A stretch of DNA of 64,000 nt from Squalus acanthias (Eukaryota). The DNA is taken from positions 146,880,001 through 146,944,000 of the forward strand of contig CM059431.1 in NCBI GenBank assembly GCA_030390025.1. The letters run 5' to 3'. This document shows positions 1-15,892 of the stretch, piece after piece. The notes beneath the pieces were generated by a model. The model did not search any database and was not told where the DNA came from. It worked only from the letters and a program-made list of their open reading frames with translations. Made by a program: the position numbers and the translations under genes. How positions within the stretch are numbered: position 1 is the stretch's first letter; each line of letters begins with the position of its first letter.

Positions 1-3000
1 ATTGGGAAAGTGAATGGACAGATACCATCATTGGATTGGGAAAGTGAATGGACAGCTACCATCAATGGATTTTGGAAAGTCAATGGACCGATACCATCAA
101 TGGATTGGGTAAGTGAATGGACAGATATCATCAATGGATTGGGAAAGTGAATGGACAGATACCATCAATGGATTGGGAAAGTGAAATGACAGATACCATC
201 ATTGGATTGGGAAAGTGAATGGACAGATACCATCAATGGATTTTGGAAAGTCAATGGACCGATACCATCAATAGATTGGGAAAGAGAATGGACAGTTACC
301 ATCAATGGATTGGGAAAGTGAATGGACAGATACCATCATTGGATTGGGAAAGTGCATGTTCGGATACCATCAATAGATTGGGAAAGAGAATGGACAGATA
401 CCATCAATGGATTGATAAAGTGAATGGACAGATACCATCAATGGATTGGGAAAGTGAATGGACAGATACCATCATTGGATTGGGAAAGTTAATGAACAGA
501 TACCATCAATGGATTGATAAAGTGAATGGACAGATACCATCATTGGATTGGGGAAGTTAATGGACAGATACCATCGATGGATTGAGAAAGTTAATGGACA
601 GATACCATCAATGGATTGGGAAAGTTAATCGACAGATACCATCAATGGATTGGGAAAGTGAATGGACAGATACCATCAATGGATTGGGAAAGTGAATGGA
701 CAGATACCATCAATGGATTGGGAAAGTTAATCGACAGAAACCATCAATGGATTGGGAAAGTGAATGGACAGATACCATCAATGGATTGGGAAAGTTAATG
801 GACAGATACTATCAATGAACTGGGAAACTGAATGGACAGATTCCATCAATGGATTGGGAAAGTGAACGGACAGATACCATCAATGGATTGATAAAGTGAA
901 TGGACAGATACCATCATTGGATTGGGAAAGTGAATGGACGGATACCATCAATAGATTGGGAAAGTGAATGGACAGATACCATCAATGGATTGGGAAAGTG
1001 AATGGACAGATACCATCAATGGATTGGGAAAGACAATGGACCGATAGCATCAATGGATTGGGAAAGTGAATGGACAGAAACCATCATTCGAAGGGGAAAG
1101 TGAATGGACAGATACCATCAATGGATTGGGAAAGTGAATGGACAGATACCATCAATGGATTGGGAAAGTCAATGGACCGATACCATCAATGGATTGGGAA
1201 AGTGAATGGACAGAAACCATCATTCGATGGGGAAAGTGAATGGACAGATACCATCAATTCATTGGGAAAGTGAATGGACAGATACCATCAATAGATTGAG
1301 AAAGTGAATGGACAGATAGCAACAATGGATTGGGAAAGTGAGTGGACAGATACCATCAATAGACTGGGAAAGTGAATGGACAGTTACCACCAATGGATTG
1401 GGAAAGTGAATGGACAGATATAATTAATGGATTAGGGAAATCAATGCACACATACCATCAATGGATTGGGAAAGTGAATGGACAGATACCATCAATGGAT
1501 TGACAAAGTGAATGGACAGATACCATCAATGGATTGGGAAAGTTAATGGACAGATACCATCAATGGATTGATAAAGTGAATGGACAGATACCATCATTGG
1601 ATTGGGAAAGTGAATGTTCGGATACCATCAATAGATTGGGAAAGTGAATAGACAGATACCATCAATGGATTGATAAAGTGAATGGACAGATACCATCAAT
1701 GGATTGGGAAAGTGAATGGACAGTTACCATCAATGGATTGGGAAAGTGAATGGACAGATATCATTAATGGATTTGGGAAATCAATGCACACATACCATCA
1801 ATGGATTGGGAAAGTGAATGGACAGATACCATCAATGGATTGATAAAGTGAATGGACAGATACCATCAATGGATTGGGAAAGTTAATGGACAGATAGCAT
1901 CAATGGATTGATAAAGTGAATGGACAGGTACCATCAAAGGATTGGGAAAGTGAATGGACAGATACCATCAATGGATTTGGAAAGTTAATCGACAGATACC
2001 ATCAATGGATTGGGAGAGTGAATGGACAGATACCATCAATGGATTGGGAAAGTTAATGGAAAGATACCATCAATGAACTGGGAAACTGACTGGACAGATT
2101 CCATCCATCGATTGGGAAAGTGAACGGACAGATACCATCAATGGATTGGGAAGGAGAATGGCGAGATACCATCAATGGATTGGGAAGTGAATGGACAGCT
2201 AACATCAATGGACTGGGAAAGTGAATGGACAGATACCATCAATGGATTGGGAATGTGAATGGAGAGATACCATCAATGGATTGGAAAAGTGAATGGACAG
2301 ATACCATCAATGGATTGGGAAAGTGAATGGACAGATACCATCAATGGATTGGGAAAGTTAATCGACAGAAACCATCAATGGATTGGGAAAGTGAATGGAC
2401 AGATACCATCAATGGATTGGGAAAGTTAATGTATAGATACTATCAATGAACTGGGAAACTGAATGGACAGATTCCATCAATGGATTGGGAAAGTGAACGG
2501 ACAGATACCATCAATGGATTGATAAAGTGAATGGACAGATACCATCATTGGATTGGGAAAGTGAATGGACGGATACCATCAATAGATTGGGAAAGTGAAT
2601 GGACAGATACCATCAATGGATTGGGAAAGTGAATGGACAGATACCATCAATGGATTGGGAAAGACAATGGACCGATAGCATCAATGGATTGGGAAAGTGA
2701 ATGGACAGAAACCATCATTCGAAGGGGAAAGTGAATGGACAGATACCATCAATGGATTGGGAAAGTGAATGGACAGATACCATCAATGGATTGGGAAAGT
2801 CAATGGACCGATACCATCAATGGATTGGGAAAGTGAATGGACAGAAACCATCATTCGATGGGGAAAGTGAATGGACAGATACCATCAATTCATTGGGAAA
2901 GTGAATGGACAGATACCATCAATAGATTGAGAAAGTGAATGGACAGATAGCAACAATGGATTGGGAAAGTGAGTGGACAGATACCATCAATAGACTGGGA

Positions 3001-6000
3001 AAGTGAATGGACAGTTACCACCAATGGATTGGGAAAGTGAATGGACAGATATAATTAATGGATTAGGGAAATCAATGCACACATACCATCAATGGATTGG
3101 GAAAGTGAATGGACAGATACCATCAATGGATTGACAAAGTGAATGGACAGATACCATCAATGGATTGGGAAAGTTAATGGACAGATACCATCAATGGATT
3201 GATAAAGTGAATGGACAGATACCATCATTGGATTGGGAAAGTGAATGTTCGGATACCATCAATAGATTGGGAAAGTGAATAGACAGATACCATCAATGGA
3301 TTGATAAAGTGAATGGACAGATACCATCAATGGATTGGGAAAGTGAATGGACAGTTACCATCAATGGATTGGGAAAGTGAATGGACAGATATCATTAATG
3401 GATTTGGGAAATCAATGCACACATACCATCAATGGATTGGGAAAGTGAATGGACAGATACCATCAATGGATTGATAAAGTGAATGGACAGATACCATCAA
3501 TGGATTGGGAAAGTTAATGGACAGATAGCATCAATGGATTGATAAAGTGAATGGACAGGTACCATCAAAGGATTGGGAAAGTGAATGGACAGATACCATC
3601 AATGGATTGGGAAAGTTAATCGACAGATACCATCAATGGATTGGGAGAGTGAATGGACAGATACCATCAATGGATTGGGAAAGTTAATGGAAAGATACCA
3701 TCAATGAACTGGGAAACTGACTGGACAGATTCCATCAATCGATTGGGAAAGTGAACGGACAGATACCATCAATGGATTGGGAAGGAGAATGGCGAGATAC
3801 CATCAATGGATTGGGAAGTGAATGGACAGCTAACATCAATGGACTGGGAAAGTGAATGGACAGATACCATCAATGGATTGGGAATGTGAATGGAGAGATA
3901 CCATCAATGGATTGGAAAAGTGAATGGACAGATACCATCAATGGATTGGGAAAGTGAATGGACAGATACCATCAATGGATTGGGAAAGTGAATGGACGGA
4001 TACCATCAATATAATGGGAAAGTGAATGTACAGATACCATCAATGGATTGGGAAAATGAATGGACAGATACCACAATTGGATTGGGAAAGTGAATGGACA
4101 GATACCATCAATGGATGGGGAAATTGAATGGACAGATGCCATCATTGGATTGGGAAAGTGAATGGACAGATACCATCATTGGATTGGGAAAGTGAATGGA
4201 CAGCTACCATCAATGGATTTTGGAAAGTCAATGGACCGATACCATCAATGGATTGGGTAAGTGAATGGACAGATATCATCAATGGATTGGGAAAGTGAAT
4301 GGACAGATACCATCAATGGATTGGGAAAGTGAAATGACAGATACCATCATTGGATTGGGAAAGTGAATGGACAGATACCATCAATGGATTTTGGAAAGTC
4401 AATGGACCGATACCATCAATGGATTGGGAAAGTGAATGGACACATACCATCAATGGATTGGGAAAGTGAATGGACAGATACCATCATTGGATTGGGAAAG
4501 TGAATGTTCGGATACCATCAATAGATTGGGAAAGTGAATAGACAGATACCATCAATGGATTGATAAAGTGAATGGACAGATACCATCAATGGATTGGGAA
4601 AGTGAATGGACAGATACCATCATTGGATTGGGAAAGTTAATGAACAGATACCATCAATGGATTGATAAAGTGAATGGACAGATACCATCATTGGATTGGG
4701 GAAGTTAATGGACAGATACCATCGATGGATTGAGAAAGTTAATGGACAGATACCATCAATGGATTGGGAAAGTTAATCGACAGATACCATCAATGGATTG
4801 GGAAAGTGAATGGACAGATACCATCAATGGATTGGGAAAGTGAATGGACAGATACCATCAATGGATTGGGAAAGTTAATCGACAGAAACCATCAATGGAT
4901 TGGGAAAGTGAATGGACAGATACCATCAATGGATTGGGAAAGTTAATGGACAGATACTATCAATGAACTGGGAAACTGAATGGACAGATTCCATCAATGG
5001 ATTGGGAAAGTGAACGGACAGATACCATCAATGGATTGATAAAGTGAATGGACAGATACCATCATTGGATTGGGAAAGTGAATGGACGGATACCATCAAT
5101 AGATTGGGAAAGTGAATGGACAGATACCATCAATGGATTGGGAAAGTGAATGGACAGATAATATCAATGGATTGGGAAAGACAATGGACCGATAGCATCA
5201 ATGGATTGGGAAAGTGAATGGACAGAAACCATCATTCGAAGGGGAAAGTGAATGGACAGATACCATCAATGGATTGGGAAAGTGAATGGACAGATACCAT
5301 CAATGGATTGGGAAAGTCAATGGACCGATACCATCAATGGATTGGGAAAGTGAATGGACAGAAACCATCATTCGATGGGGAAAGTGAATGGACAGATACC
5401 ATCAATTCATTGGGAAAGTGAATGGACAGATACCATCAATAGATTGAGAAAGTGAATGGACAGATAGCAACAATGGATTGGGAAAGTGAATGGACAGATA
5501 TAATTAATGGATTAGGGAAATCAATGCACACATACCATCAATGGATTGGGAAAGTGAATGGACAGATACCATCAATGGATTGACAAAGTGAATGGACAGA
5601 TACCATCAATGGATTGGGAAAGTTAATGGACAGATACCATCAATGGATTGATAAAGTGAATGGACAGATACCATCATTGGATTGGGAAAGTGAATGTTCG
5701 GATACCATCAATAGATTGGGAAAGTGAATAGACAGATACCATCAATGGATTGATAAAGTGAATGGACAGATACCATCAATGGATTGGGAAAGTGAATGGA
5801 CAGTTACCATCAATGGATTGGGAAAGTGAATGGACAGATATCATTAATGGATTTGGGAAATCAATGCACACATACCATCAATGGATTGGGAAAGTGAATG
5901 GACAGATACCATCAATGGATTGATAAGTGAATGGACAGATACCATCAATGGATTGGGAAAGTTAATGGACAGATAGCATCAATGGATTGATAAAGTGAAT

Positions 6001-9000
6001 GGACAGGTACCATCAAAGGATTGGGAAAGTGAATGGACAGATACCATCAATGGATTGGGAAAGTTAATCGACAGATACCATCAATGGATTGGGAGAGTGA
6101 ATGGACAGATACCATCAATGGATTGGGAAAGTTAATGGAAAGATACCATCAATGAACTGGGAAACTGACTGGACAGATTCCATCAATCGATTGGGAAAGT
6201 GAACGGACAGATACCATCAATGGATTGGGAAGGAGAATGGCGAGATACCATCAATGGATTGGGAAGTGAATGGACAGCTAACATCAATGGACTGGGAAAG
6301 TGAATGGACAGATACCATCAATGGATTGGGAATGTGAATGGAGAGATACCATCAATGGATTGGAAAAGTGAATGGACAGTTACCATCAATGGATTGGGAA
6401 AGTGAATGGACGGATACCATCAATGGATTGATAAAGAGAATGGACAGATACCATCAATAGATTGGGAAAGTGAATGGACAGATACCATCAATGGATTGGG
6501 AAAGTGAATGGACGGATAACATCAATAGATTGGGAAAGTGAATGGACAGATACCATCAATGGATTGGGAAAGTGAATGGACAGATACCATCAATGGATTG
6601 GGAAAGTGAATGGACGGATACCATCAATATAATGGGAAAGTGAATGTACAGATACCATCAATGGATTGGGAAAATGAATGGACAGATACCATAATTGGAT
6701 TGGGAAAGTGAATGGACAGATACCATCAATGGATTAGGAAATTGAATGGACAGATGCCATCATTGGATTGGGAAAGTGAATGGACAGATACCATCATTGG
6801 ATTGGGAAAGTGAATGGACAGCTACCATCAATGGATTTTGGAAAGTCAATGGACCGATACCATCAATGGATTGGGAAAGTGAATGGACAGATATCATCAA
6901 TGGATTGGGAAAGTGAATGGACAGCTACCATCAATGGATTGGGAAAGTGAATTGACAGATACCATCATTGGATTGGGAAAGTGAATGGACAGATACCATC
7001 AATGGATTTTGGAAAGTCAATGGACCGATACCATCAATGGATTGGGAAAGTGAATGGACGCATACCATCAATGGATTGGGAAAGTGAATGGACAGATATC
7101 ATCATTGGATTGGGAAAGTGAATGTTCGGATACCATCAATAGATTGGGAAAGTGAATAGACAGATACCATCAATGGATTGATAAAGTGAATGGACAGATA
7201 CCATCAATGGATTGGGAAAGTGAATGGACAGTTACCATCAATGGATTGGGAAAGTGAATGGACAGATATCATTAATGGATTAGGGAAATCAATGCACACA
7301 TACCATCAATGGATTGGGAAAGTGAATGGACAGATACCATCAATGGATTCATAAAGTGAATGGACAGATACCATCAATGGATTGGGAAAGTTAATGGACA
7401 GATAGCATCAATGGATTGATAAAGTGAATGGACAGGTACCATCAAAGGATTGGGAAAGTGAATGGACAGATACCATCAATGGATTGGGAAAGTTAATCGA
7501 CAGATACCATCAATGGATTGGGAAAGTGAATGGACAGATACCATCAATGGATTGGGAAAGTTAATGGACAGATACCATCAATGAACTGGGAAACTGACTG
7601 GACAGATTCCATCAATGGATTGGGAAAGTGAACGGACAGATACCATCAATGGATTGGGAAGGAGAATGGCGAGATACCATCAATGGATTGGGAAGTGAAT
7701 GGACAGCTAACATCAATGGACTGGGAAAGTGAATGGACAGATACCATCAATGGATTGGGAAACTGAATGGACAGATACCTTCAATGGATTGGGAAAGTGA
7801 ATGGACGGATACCATCAATAGATTGGGAAAGTGAATGGACAGATACCATCAATGGATTGGGAAAGTGAATGAACAGATACCATCAATGGATTGGGAAACT
7901 GAATGGACAGATACCTTCAATGGATTGGGAAAGTGAATGGACAGATAACATCAATCAACTGGGAAAGTGAATGGACAGATACCATCAATGGATTGGGAAA
8001 GTGAATTGACAGATAGCATCAATGGATTGGGAAAGTGAGTGGACAGATACCATCAATGGATTGGGAAAGTGAATGGACAGTTACCATCAATGGATTGGGA
8101 AAGTGAATGGACAGATATCATTAATGGATTGGGGAAATCAATGAACAGATACCATCAATAGACTGGGAAAGTGAATGGACAGATACCATCAATGGATTGG
8201 GAAAGGGAATGAACAGATACCATCAATGGATTGATAAAGTGAATGGACAGATACCATCAATGGATTGGGAAAGTGAATGGACAGATATCATCAATGGATT
8301 GATAAAGTGAATGGACAGATACCATCAATGGATTGGGAAAGTAAATGGACAGATAGCATCAATGGATTGATAAAGTGAATGGACAGGTACCATTATTGGA
8401 TTGGGAAATTTAAAGAACAGATACCATCAATGGATTGATAAAGTGAATGGACAGATACCATCAAAGGATTGGGAAAGTGAATGGACAGATACCATCAATG
8501 GATTGGGAAAGTTAATCGACAGATACCATCAATGGATTGGGAAAGTTAATGGACAGATACCATCAATGAACTGGGAAACTGACTGGACAGATTCCATGAA
8601 TGGATTGGGAAAGTGAACGGACAGATACCATCAATGGATTGGGAAGGAGAATGGCGAGATACCATAAATGGATTGGGAAGTGAATGGACAGCTAACATCA
8701 ATGGACTGGGAAAGTGAATGGACAGATACCATCAATGGATTGGGAATGTGAATGGAGAGATACCATCAATGGATTGGAAAAGTGAATGGACAGTTACCAT
8801 CAATGGAGTGGGAAAGTGAATGGACGGATACCATCAATGGATTGATAAAGAGAATGGACAGATACCATCAATAGATTGGGAAAGTGAATGGACAGATACC
8901 ATCATTGGATTATGAAAGTGAATGGACGGATACCATTAATAGATCGGGAAAGTGAATGGACAGATACCATCAATGGATTGGGAAAGTGAATGGACAGATA

Positions 9001-12000
9001 CCATCAATGGATTGGGAAAGTGAATGGACGGATACCATCAATATAATGGGAAAGTGAATGTACAGATACCATCAATGGATTGGGAAAATGAATGGACAGA
9101 TACCATAATTGGATTGGGAAAGTGAATGGACAGATACCATCAATGGATTGGGAAAGTGAATGGACAGATGCCATCATTGGATTGGGAAAGTGAATGGACG
9201 GATACCATCATTGGATTGGGAAAGTGAATGAACAGATACCATCAATGGATTGGGAAAGTGAATGGACGGATACCATAAATATAATGGGAAAGTGAATGTA
9301 CAGATACCATCAATGGATTGGGAAAATGAATGGACAGATACCATAATTGGATTGGGAAAGTGAATGGACAGATACCATCAATGGATTGGGAAATTGAATG
9401 GACAGATGCCATCATTGGATTGGGAAAGTGAATGGACAGATACCATCATTGGATTGGGAAAGTGAATGGACAGCTACCATCAATGGATTTTGGAAAGTCA
9501 ATGGACCGATACCATCAATGGATTGGGAAAGTGAATGGACAGATACCATCAATGGATTGGGAAAGTGAATGGACAGATACCTTCAATGGATTGGGAAAGT
9601 GAATTGACAGATACCATCATTGGATTGGGAAAGTGAATGGACAGATACCATCAATGGATTTTGGAAAGTCAATGGACCGATACCATCAATGGATTGGGAA
9701 AGTGAATGGACACATACCATCAATGGATTGGGAAAGTGAATGGACAGATACCATCAATGGATTGGGAAAGTGAATGGACAGATACCATCATTGGATTGGG
9801 AAAGTGAATGGACAGATACCATCAATGGATTGGGAAAGTCAATGGACCGATACCATCAATGGATTGTGAAAGTGAGTGGACAGCTACCATCAATGAACTG
9901 GGAAAGTGAATGGACAGATACCATCAATGGATTGGGAAAGTGAATGGACAGATACCGTCAATGGATTGGGGAAATCGATGCACAGATACCATCAACAGAT
10001 TGGGAAAGTGAATGGACAGATACCATCAATGGATTGGGAAAGTGAATGGACAGTTACCATCAATGGATTGGAAAATGAATGGAGAGATACCATCAATGGA
10101 CTGAGAAAGTGAATGGACAGATACCATCAATGGCTTGGGAAAGTGAATGGAAGATACCATCACTAGACTGGTAAAGTGACTGGACAGATACCATCAATGG
10201 ATTGGGAAAGTGAATGGACACTTACCATCAATGGATTTGGAATGTGAATGGACAGATATCATCATTGGATTGGGAAAGTTAATGGACAGATACCATCAAT
10301 GGATGGATAAAGTGAATGGACAGCTACCATCATTGGATAGGGAAAGTTAATGGACAGATACCATCATTGGATTGGGGAAGTGAATGGACGGATACCATCA
10401 ATAGATTGGGAAATTGAATGGACAGATACCATCAATAGATTGGGAAAGTGAATGTACAGATACCTTCAATGGGTTGGGAAAGTGAATGGACAGATACCAT
10501 TATTGGATGGGTAAAGTGAATGTACAGATACCTTCAATGGATTGGGAAAGTGAATGGACAGATACCATCAATGGAAAGGAAAATTAATGGACCGATTCCA
10601 TCAATGGATTGTGAAAGTGAATGGACAGATAACTTCATTCTATGGGGAAAGTGAATTGACAGATAACATCAGTGGATTGGAAAAGTGAATGGACAGATAC
10701 CATCATTCGGTGTGGAAAGTGAATGGACAGATACCATCATTGGAGTGGAAAGTGAATGGAAAGATCCCATCAATGGATTGGGAAAGTGAATGGACAGATA
10801 CCATCAATGGACTGGGAAAGTGAATGGACAGATACCATCAATGGATTGGGAAAGTGAATGGACAGATGCTATCAGTGGATTGGGAAAGTGAATGGACAGA
10901 TACCATCAATGGATTGGGAAAGTGAATGGACAGATATCATCATTGGATTGGGGAAGTGAATGGACGGATACCATCAATGGATTGGGAAATTGAATGGACA
11001 GATACCATCAATGGATTGGGAAAGTGAATGAACAGATACCATCAATGGATTGGTAAAGTGAATGGACAGATACAATCAATGGATTGGGAAAGTGAATGGA
11101 CAGATACCATCAATGGATTGGGAAAGTCAATGGACCGATACCATCAATGGATTGGGAAAGTGAATGGACAGAAACCATCATTCGATGGGGAAAGTGAATG
11201 GACAGATACCATCAATGGATTGGGAAAGTGAATGGACGGATACCAACAATAGATTGAGAAAGTGAATGGACAGATACCATCAATGGATTGAGAAAGTGAA
11301 TGGACAGATACCATCAATGGATTGGGAAAGTCAATGGACCGATACCATCAATGGATTGATAAAGTGAATGGACAGATACCATCATTGGATTGGGAAAGTG
11401 AATGGACGGATACCATCAATAGATTGGGAAAGTGAATGGACAGATACCATCAATGGATTGAGAAAGTGAATGGACTGATACATTCAATGGATTGGGAAAG
11501 TGAACGGACAGATACCATCAATGGATTGGGAAAGTGAATGGTCAGATACCATCAATGGACTGGGAAAGTGAATGGACAGATAACATCAATGGATTGGGAA
11601 AGTTAATGGACAGATACCATCAATGAACTGGGAAACTGAATGGACAGATACCTTCAATGGATTGGGAAAGTGAATGGACAGATAACATCAATCAACTGGG
11701 AAAGTGAATGGACAGATACCATCAATGGATTGGGAAAGTGAGTGGACAGATACCATCAATGGATTGGGAAAGTGAATGGACAGTTACCATCAATGGATTG
11801 GGAAAGTGAATGGACAGATATCATTAATGGATTTGGGAAATCAATGAACAGATACCATCAATAGACTGGGAAAGTGAATGGACAGATACCATCAATGGAT
11901 TGGGAAAGGGAATGAACAGATACCATCAATGGATTGATAAAGTGAATGGACAGATACCATCAATGGATTGGGAAAGTGAATGGACAGATATCATCAATGG

Positions 12001-14490
12001 ATTGATAAAGTGAATGGACAGATACCATCAATGGATTGGGAAAGTAAATGGACAGATAGCATCAATGGATTGATAAAGTGAATGGACAGGTACCATTATT
12101 GGATTGGGAAAGTTAAAGAACAGATACCATCAATGGATTGATAAAGTGAATGGACAGATACCATCAAAGGATTGGGAAAGTGAATGGACAGATACCATCA
12201 ATGGATTGGGAAAGTTAATCGACAGATACCATCAATGGATTGGGAAAGTTAATGGACAGATACCATCAATGAAGTGGGAAACTGAATGGACAGATTCCAT
12301 CAATGGATTGGGAAAGTGAACGGACAGATACCATCAATGGATTGGGAAGGAGAATGGCGAGATACCATAAATGGATTGGGAAGTGAATGGACAGCTAACA
12401 TCAATGGACTGGGAAAGTGAATGGACAGATACCATCAATGGATTGGGAATGTGAATGGAGAGATACCATCAATGGATTGGAAAAGTGAATGGACAGTTTC
12501 CATCAATGGAGTGGGAAAGTGAATGGACGGATACCATCAATGGATTGATAAAGAGAATGGACAGATACCATCAATAGATTGGGAAAGTGAATGGACAGAT
12601 ACCATCATTGGATTATGAAAGTGAATGGACGGATACCATTAATAGATCGGGAAAGTGAATTGACAGATACCATCAATGGATTGGGAAAGTGAATGGACAG
12701 ATACCATCAATGGATTGGGAAAGTGAATGGACGGATACCATCAATATAATGGGAAAGTGAATGTACAGATACCATCAATGGATTGGGAAAATGAATGGAC
12801 AGATACCATAATTGGATTGGGAAAGTGAATGGACAGATACCATCAACGGATTGGGAAAGTGAATGGACAGATGCCATCATTGGATTCGGAAAGTGAATGG
12901 ACGGATACCATCATTGGTTTGGGAAAGTGAATGGACAGCTACCATCAATGGATTTTGGAAAGTCAATGGACCGATACCATCAATGGATTGGGAAAGTGAA
13001 TGGACAGATACCATCAATGGATTGGGAAAGTGAATGGACAGATACCATCAATGGATTGGGAAAGTGAATTGACAGATACCATCATTGGATTGGGAAAGTG
13101 AATGGACAGATACCATCAATGGATTTTGGAAAGTCAATGGACCGATACCATCAATGGATTGGGAAAGTGAATGGACACATACCATCAATGGATTGGGAAA
13201 GTGAATGGACAGATACCATCAATGGATTGGGAAAGTGAATGGACAGATACCATCATTGGATTGGGAAAGTGAATGGACAGATACCATCAATGGATTGGGA
13301 AAGTCAATGGACCGATACCATCAATGGATTGGGAAAGTGAGTGGACAGCTACCATCAATGAACTGGGAAAGTGAATGGACAGATACCATCAATGGATTGG
13401 GAAAGTGAATGGACAGATACCGTCAATGGATTGGGGAAATCGATGCACAGATACCATCAACAGATTGGGAACGTGAATGGACAGATACCATCAACGGATT
13501 GGGAAAGTGAATGGACAGATACCATCAATGGATTGGGAAAGTGAATGGAGAGATACCACCAATCGACTGGGAAAGTGAATGGACAGATACCATCAATGGC
13601 TTGGGAAAGTGAATGGAAGATACCTTCACTAGACTGGGAAAGTGACTGGACAGATACCATCAATGGATTGGGAAAGTGAATGGACACTTACCATCAATGG
13701 ATTGGGAAAGTGAATGGACAGATATCATCATTGGATTGGGAAAGTTAATGGACAGATACCATCAATGGATGGATAAAGTGAATGGACGGATACCATCAAT
13801 AGATTGGGAAATTGAATGGACAGATACCATCAATAGATTGGGAAAGTGAATGTACAGATACCTTCAATGGATTGGGAAAGTGAATGGACAGATTCCATCA
13901 TTGGATGGGTAAAGTGAATGTACAGATACCTTCAATGGATTGTGAAAGTGAATGGACAGATACCATCAATGGATTGGGAAAGTGAATGGACCGATTCCAT
14001 CAATGGATTGTGAAAGTGAATGGACAGATAACTTCATTCTATGGGCAAAGTGAATTGACAGATACCATCAGTGGATTGGGAAAGTGAAAGGACAGATACT
14101 CTCATTGGATTGGGAACGTGAATGGGCAGATACCATCATTGGATTGGAAAAGTGAATGGACAGATACCATCATTCGGTGTGGAAAGTGAATGGACAGATA
14201 CCATCATTGGAGTGGAAAAGTGAATGGACAGATCCCATCATTGGATTTGGAAAGTGAATGGACAGATACCATCAATGGACTGGGAAAGTGAATGGACAGA
14301 TACCATCAATGGATTGGGAAAGTGAATGGACAGATGCTATCAGTGGATTGGGAAAGTGAATGAACAGATACCATCAATGGATTGGGAAAATGAATGGACA
14401 GATACCATCAATGGATTGGTGAAGTGAATGGACGGAATCATCAGTGAATTAGGGAATGGGAATGGATTGGGCGGATGAACGGATTGCCAA
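1..14490. repeat. 34-bp tandem satellite, consensus GGGAAAGTGAATGGACAGATACCATCAATGGATT, about 425 copies, open at window start
   Basis: Period read directly (GGGAAAG at 4 and 38); continuous to about 14430, degenerate to about 14490. Confidence 0.98.
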
Positions 14491-14720
14491 CATCAGTGTA
14501 TTGGTGTACATCTGATGAATGTCATTCCCAGACTAGCAGAAATTTCGAGATTCCGATAGACAGGGTCAGTCCACACTGTCCGTAAAATAGCCGTTAAGGA
14601 CTTGAAAAGAGTTAAGTCACAAACTGTGATTGTACCGGGGGCGGCACACTTTGAATTAGCAGTTTGACGACTTACCCCCTGATCACCAACCGTGCTGATG
14701 GTTTCTGTTTCACTCTCCAG

Positions 14721-14759
14721 GATATGTCCATGAATGTGGAAGTAGCTGTGCTGCGAATT
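14721..14759 (+). other. Candidate 39-nt micro-exon of an unidentified host gene
   Basis: gtttctgtttcactctccAG acceptor, then 39 nt, then GTAAGT donor; length divisible by 3. Confidence 0.3.
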
Positions 14760-14801
14760 GTAAGTTTATTTGTCCTTAATGGCCCAGAAATTAAAGACTA
14801 A

Positions 14802-15693
14802 GGGGTAGAAATTAGGTCGCGCCCTATTTGGGGCGCAAATATCGTCCGGACGCAAATATTAGCGCCTGGCGCTAATTATCGGCACTGACACGAAACTTCA
14901 CTTTTACCGCCCCGGGAGGTGAGTGGAGCGCTAAAGCAGGCGCTGCACACCTCTCTTAAGGCGCAAAGGCCGAGCAGTGAGGCGCTAACTCGGAGCGCTG
15001 GCGAAGCTCATGTAATGTCAGTCAGCAATGGAACACACACACAATGGCACGGGCCAGTTCTTAAAGGGGATGGTTAATCTTGCTTTCCATCCACATCCTG
15101 TTCATTGCTGCCTTGAATCTCGGCCTGGAGAGACTTGCACATCAAATGTGCTGGAAAGAACAATGGAGCGTACCAGGCAAAGAGCTCAGAGTGCAGCTCC
15201 CACAGTCTCTGCTAAATCGATACAAGGAATGGCAAATCAAAATGAACCTGCAAAGTGCTGCTCAGTACCCAAAACTCCTTCACACAACGTTGAATCTCTC
15301 CAGAAGTCTCTCCCTCTCTCTCTCAGAATGCGTAGTTCAAAAATGCCACCAACAATAAAAGACAGGAAGAGGCCCCCTTTAAATAGCGGCCCCCCCAGCC
15401 CCACAGCGATTGATAGCGTTCCAGTCTTCTGGTCGTTGGAAGCGCCAGGCGGTAAGGCAGGGGGCGCCACTCAATTTCCGCTACGGGGCACCACAAGGGC
15501 GTTGCACCATGGAATGACGTCACAATCTGCGCGCGCAGGTGGTCGCAGCGGTAAGTTTTAGCGCCGCCGCACAATGTCAAGTTAAGTTCTCGAGCGGCGC
15601 AAACATCGCTGCGAAGGGCGTTAGCGGCTTTGCGCCCCATTAGCGCCCTCTTAAGGCGCTAACGGGAGGCGCAACCAAGTGAATTTTTACCCC
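14802..15693. mobile_element. Nested non-autonomous PIF/Harbinger-like element
   Basis: TIRs GGGGTAGAAATT / AATTTTTACCCC, flanks TAA/CAA, subterminal GGCGCTAA/TTAGCGCC repeats. Confidence 0.7.
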
Positions 15694-15892
15694 CAAGTGT
15701 TGACGTGGGGTAAGCCTTCCCCGCGATATCTCACTCCGCGCCTTCCTTTTTCCTCCGGGGCCACACGAACTTTAGTTTCAAGGCTGCAGCTGTGCAGTGC
15801 TTGCGTGACCCAGAGACGGAGTTAGTTCGTGCGAGCTCTGGGATCACGTGATTCAGTTAGAGCCAATGGCAGCACACCATCTTTCATCCATA

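Noticed and set aside
219..13687. Repeat-protein ORFs (MDRYHQWIGKVNGQIPS...)
   Set aside because: A 34-bp unit cycles through all frames and hits TGA every third unit; the ORFs arise only where that stop is mutated
1..14490. CRISPR array (repeat length is CRISPR-like)
   Set aside because: Units are head-to-tail with no unique spacers, no cas genes, and the context is eukaryotic
15028..15640. Transposase or host gene in the 177-aa and overlapping ORFs
   Set aside because: No DDE or other recognisable motif; lies inside a short non-autonomous element
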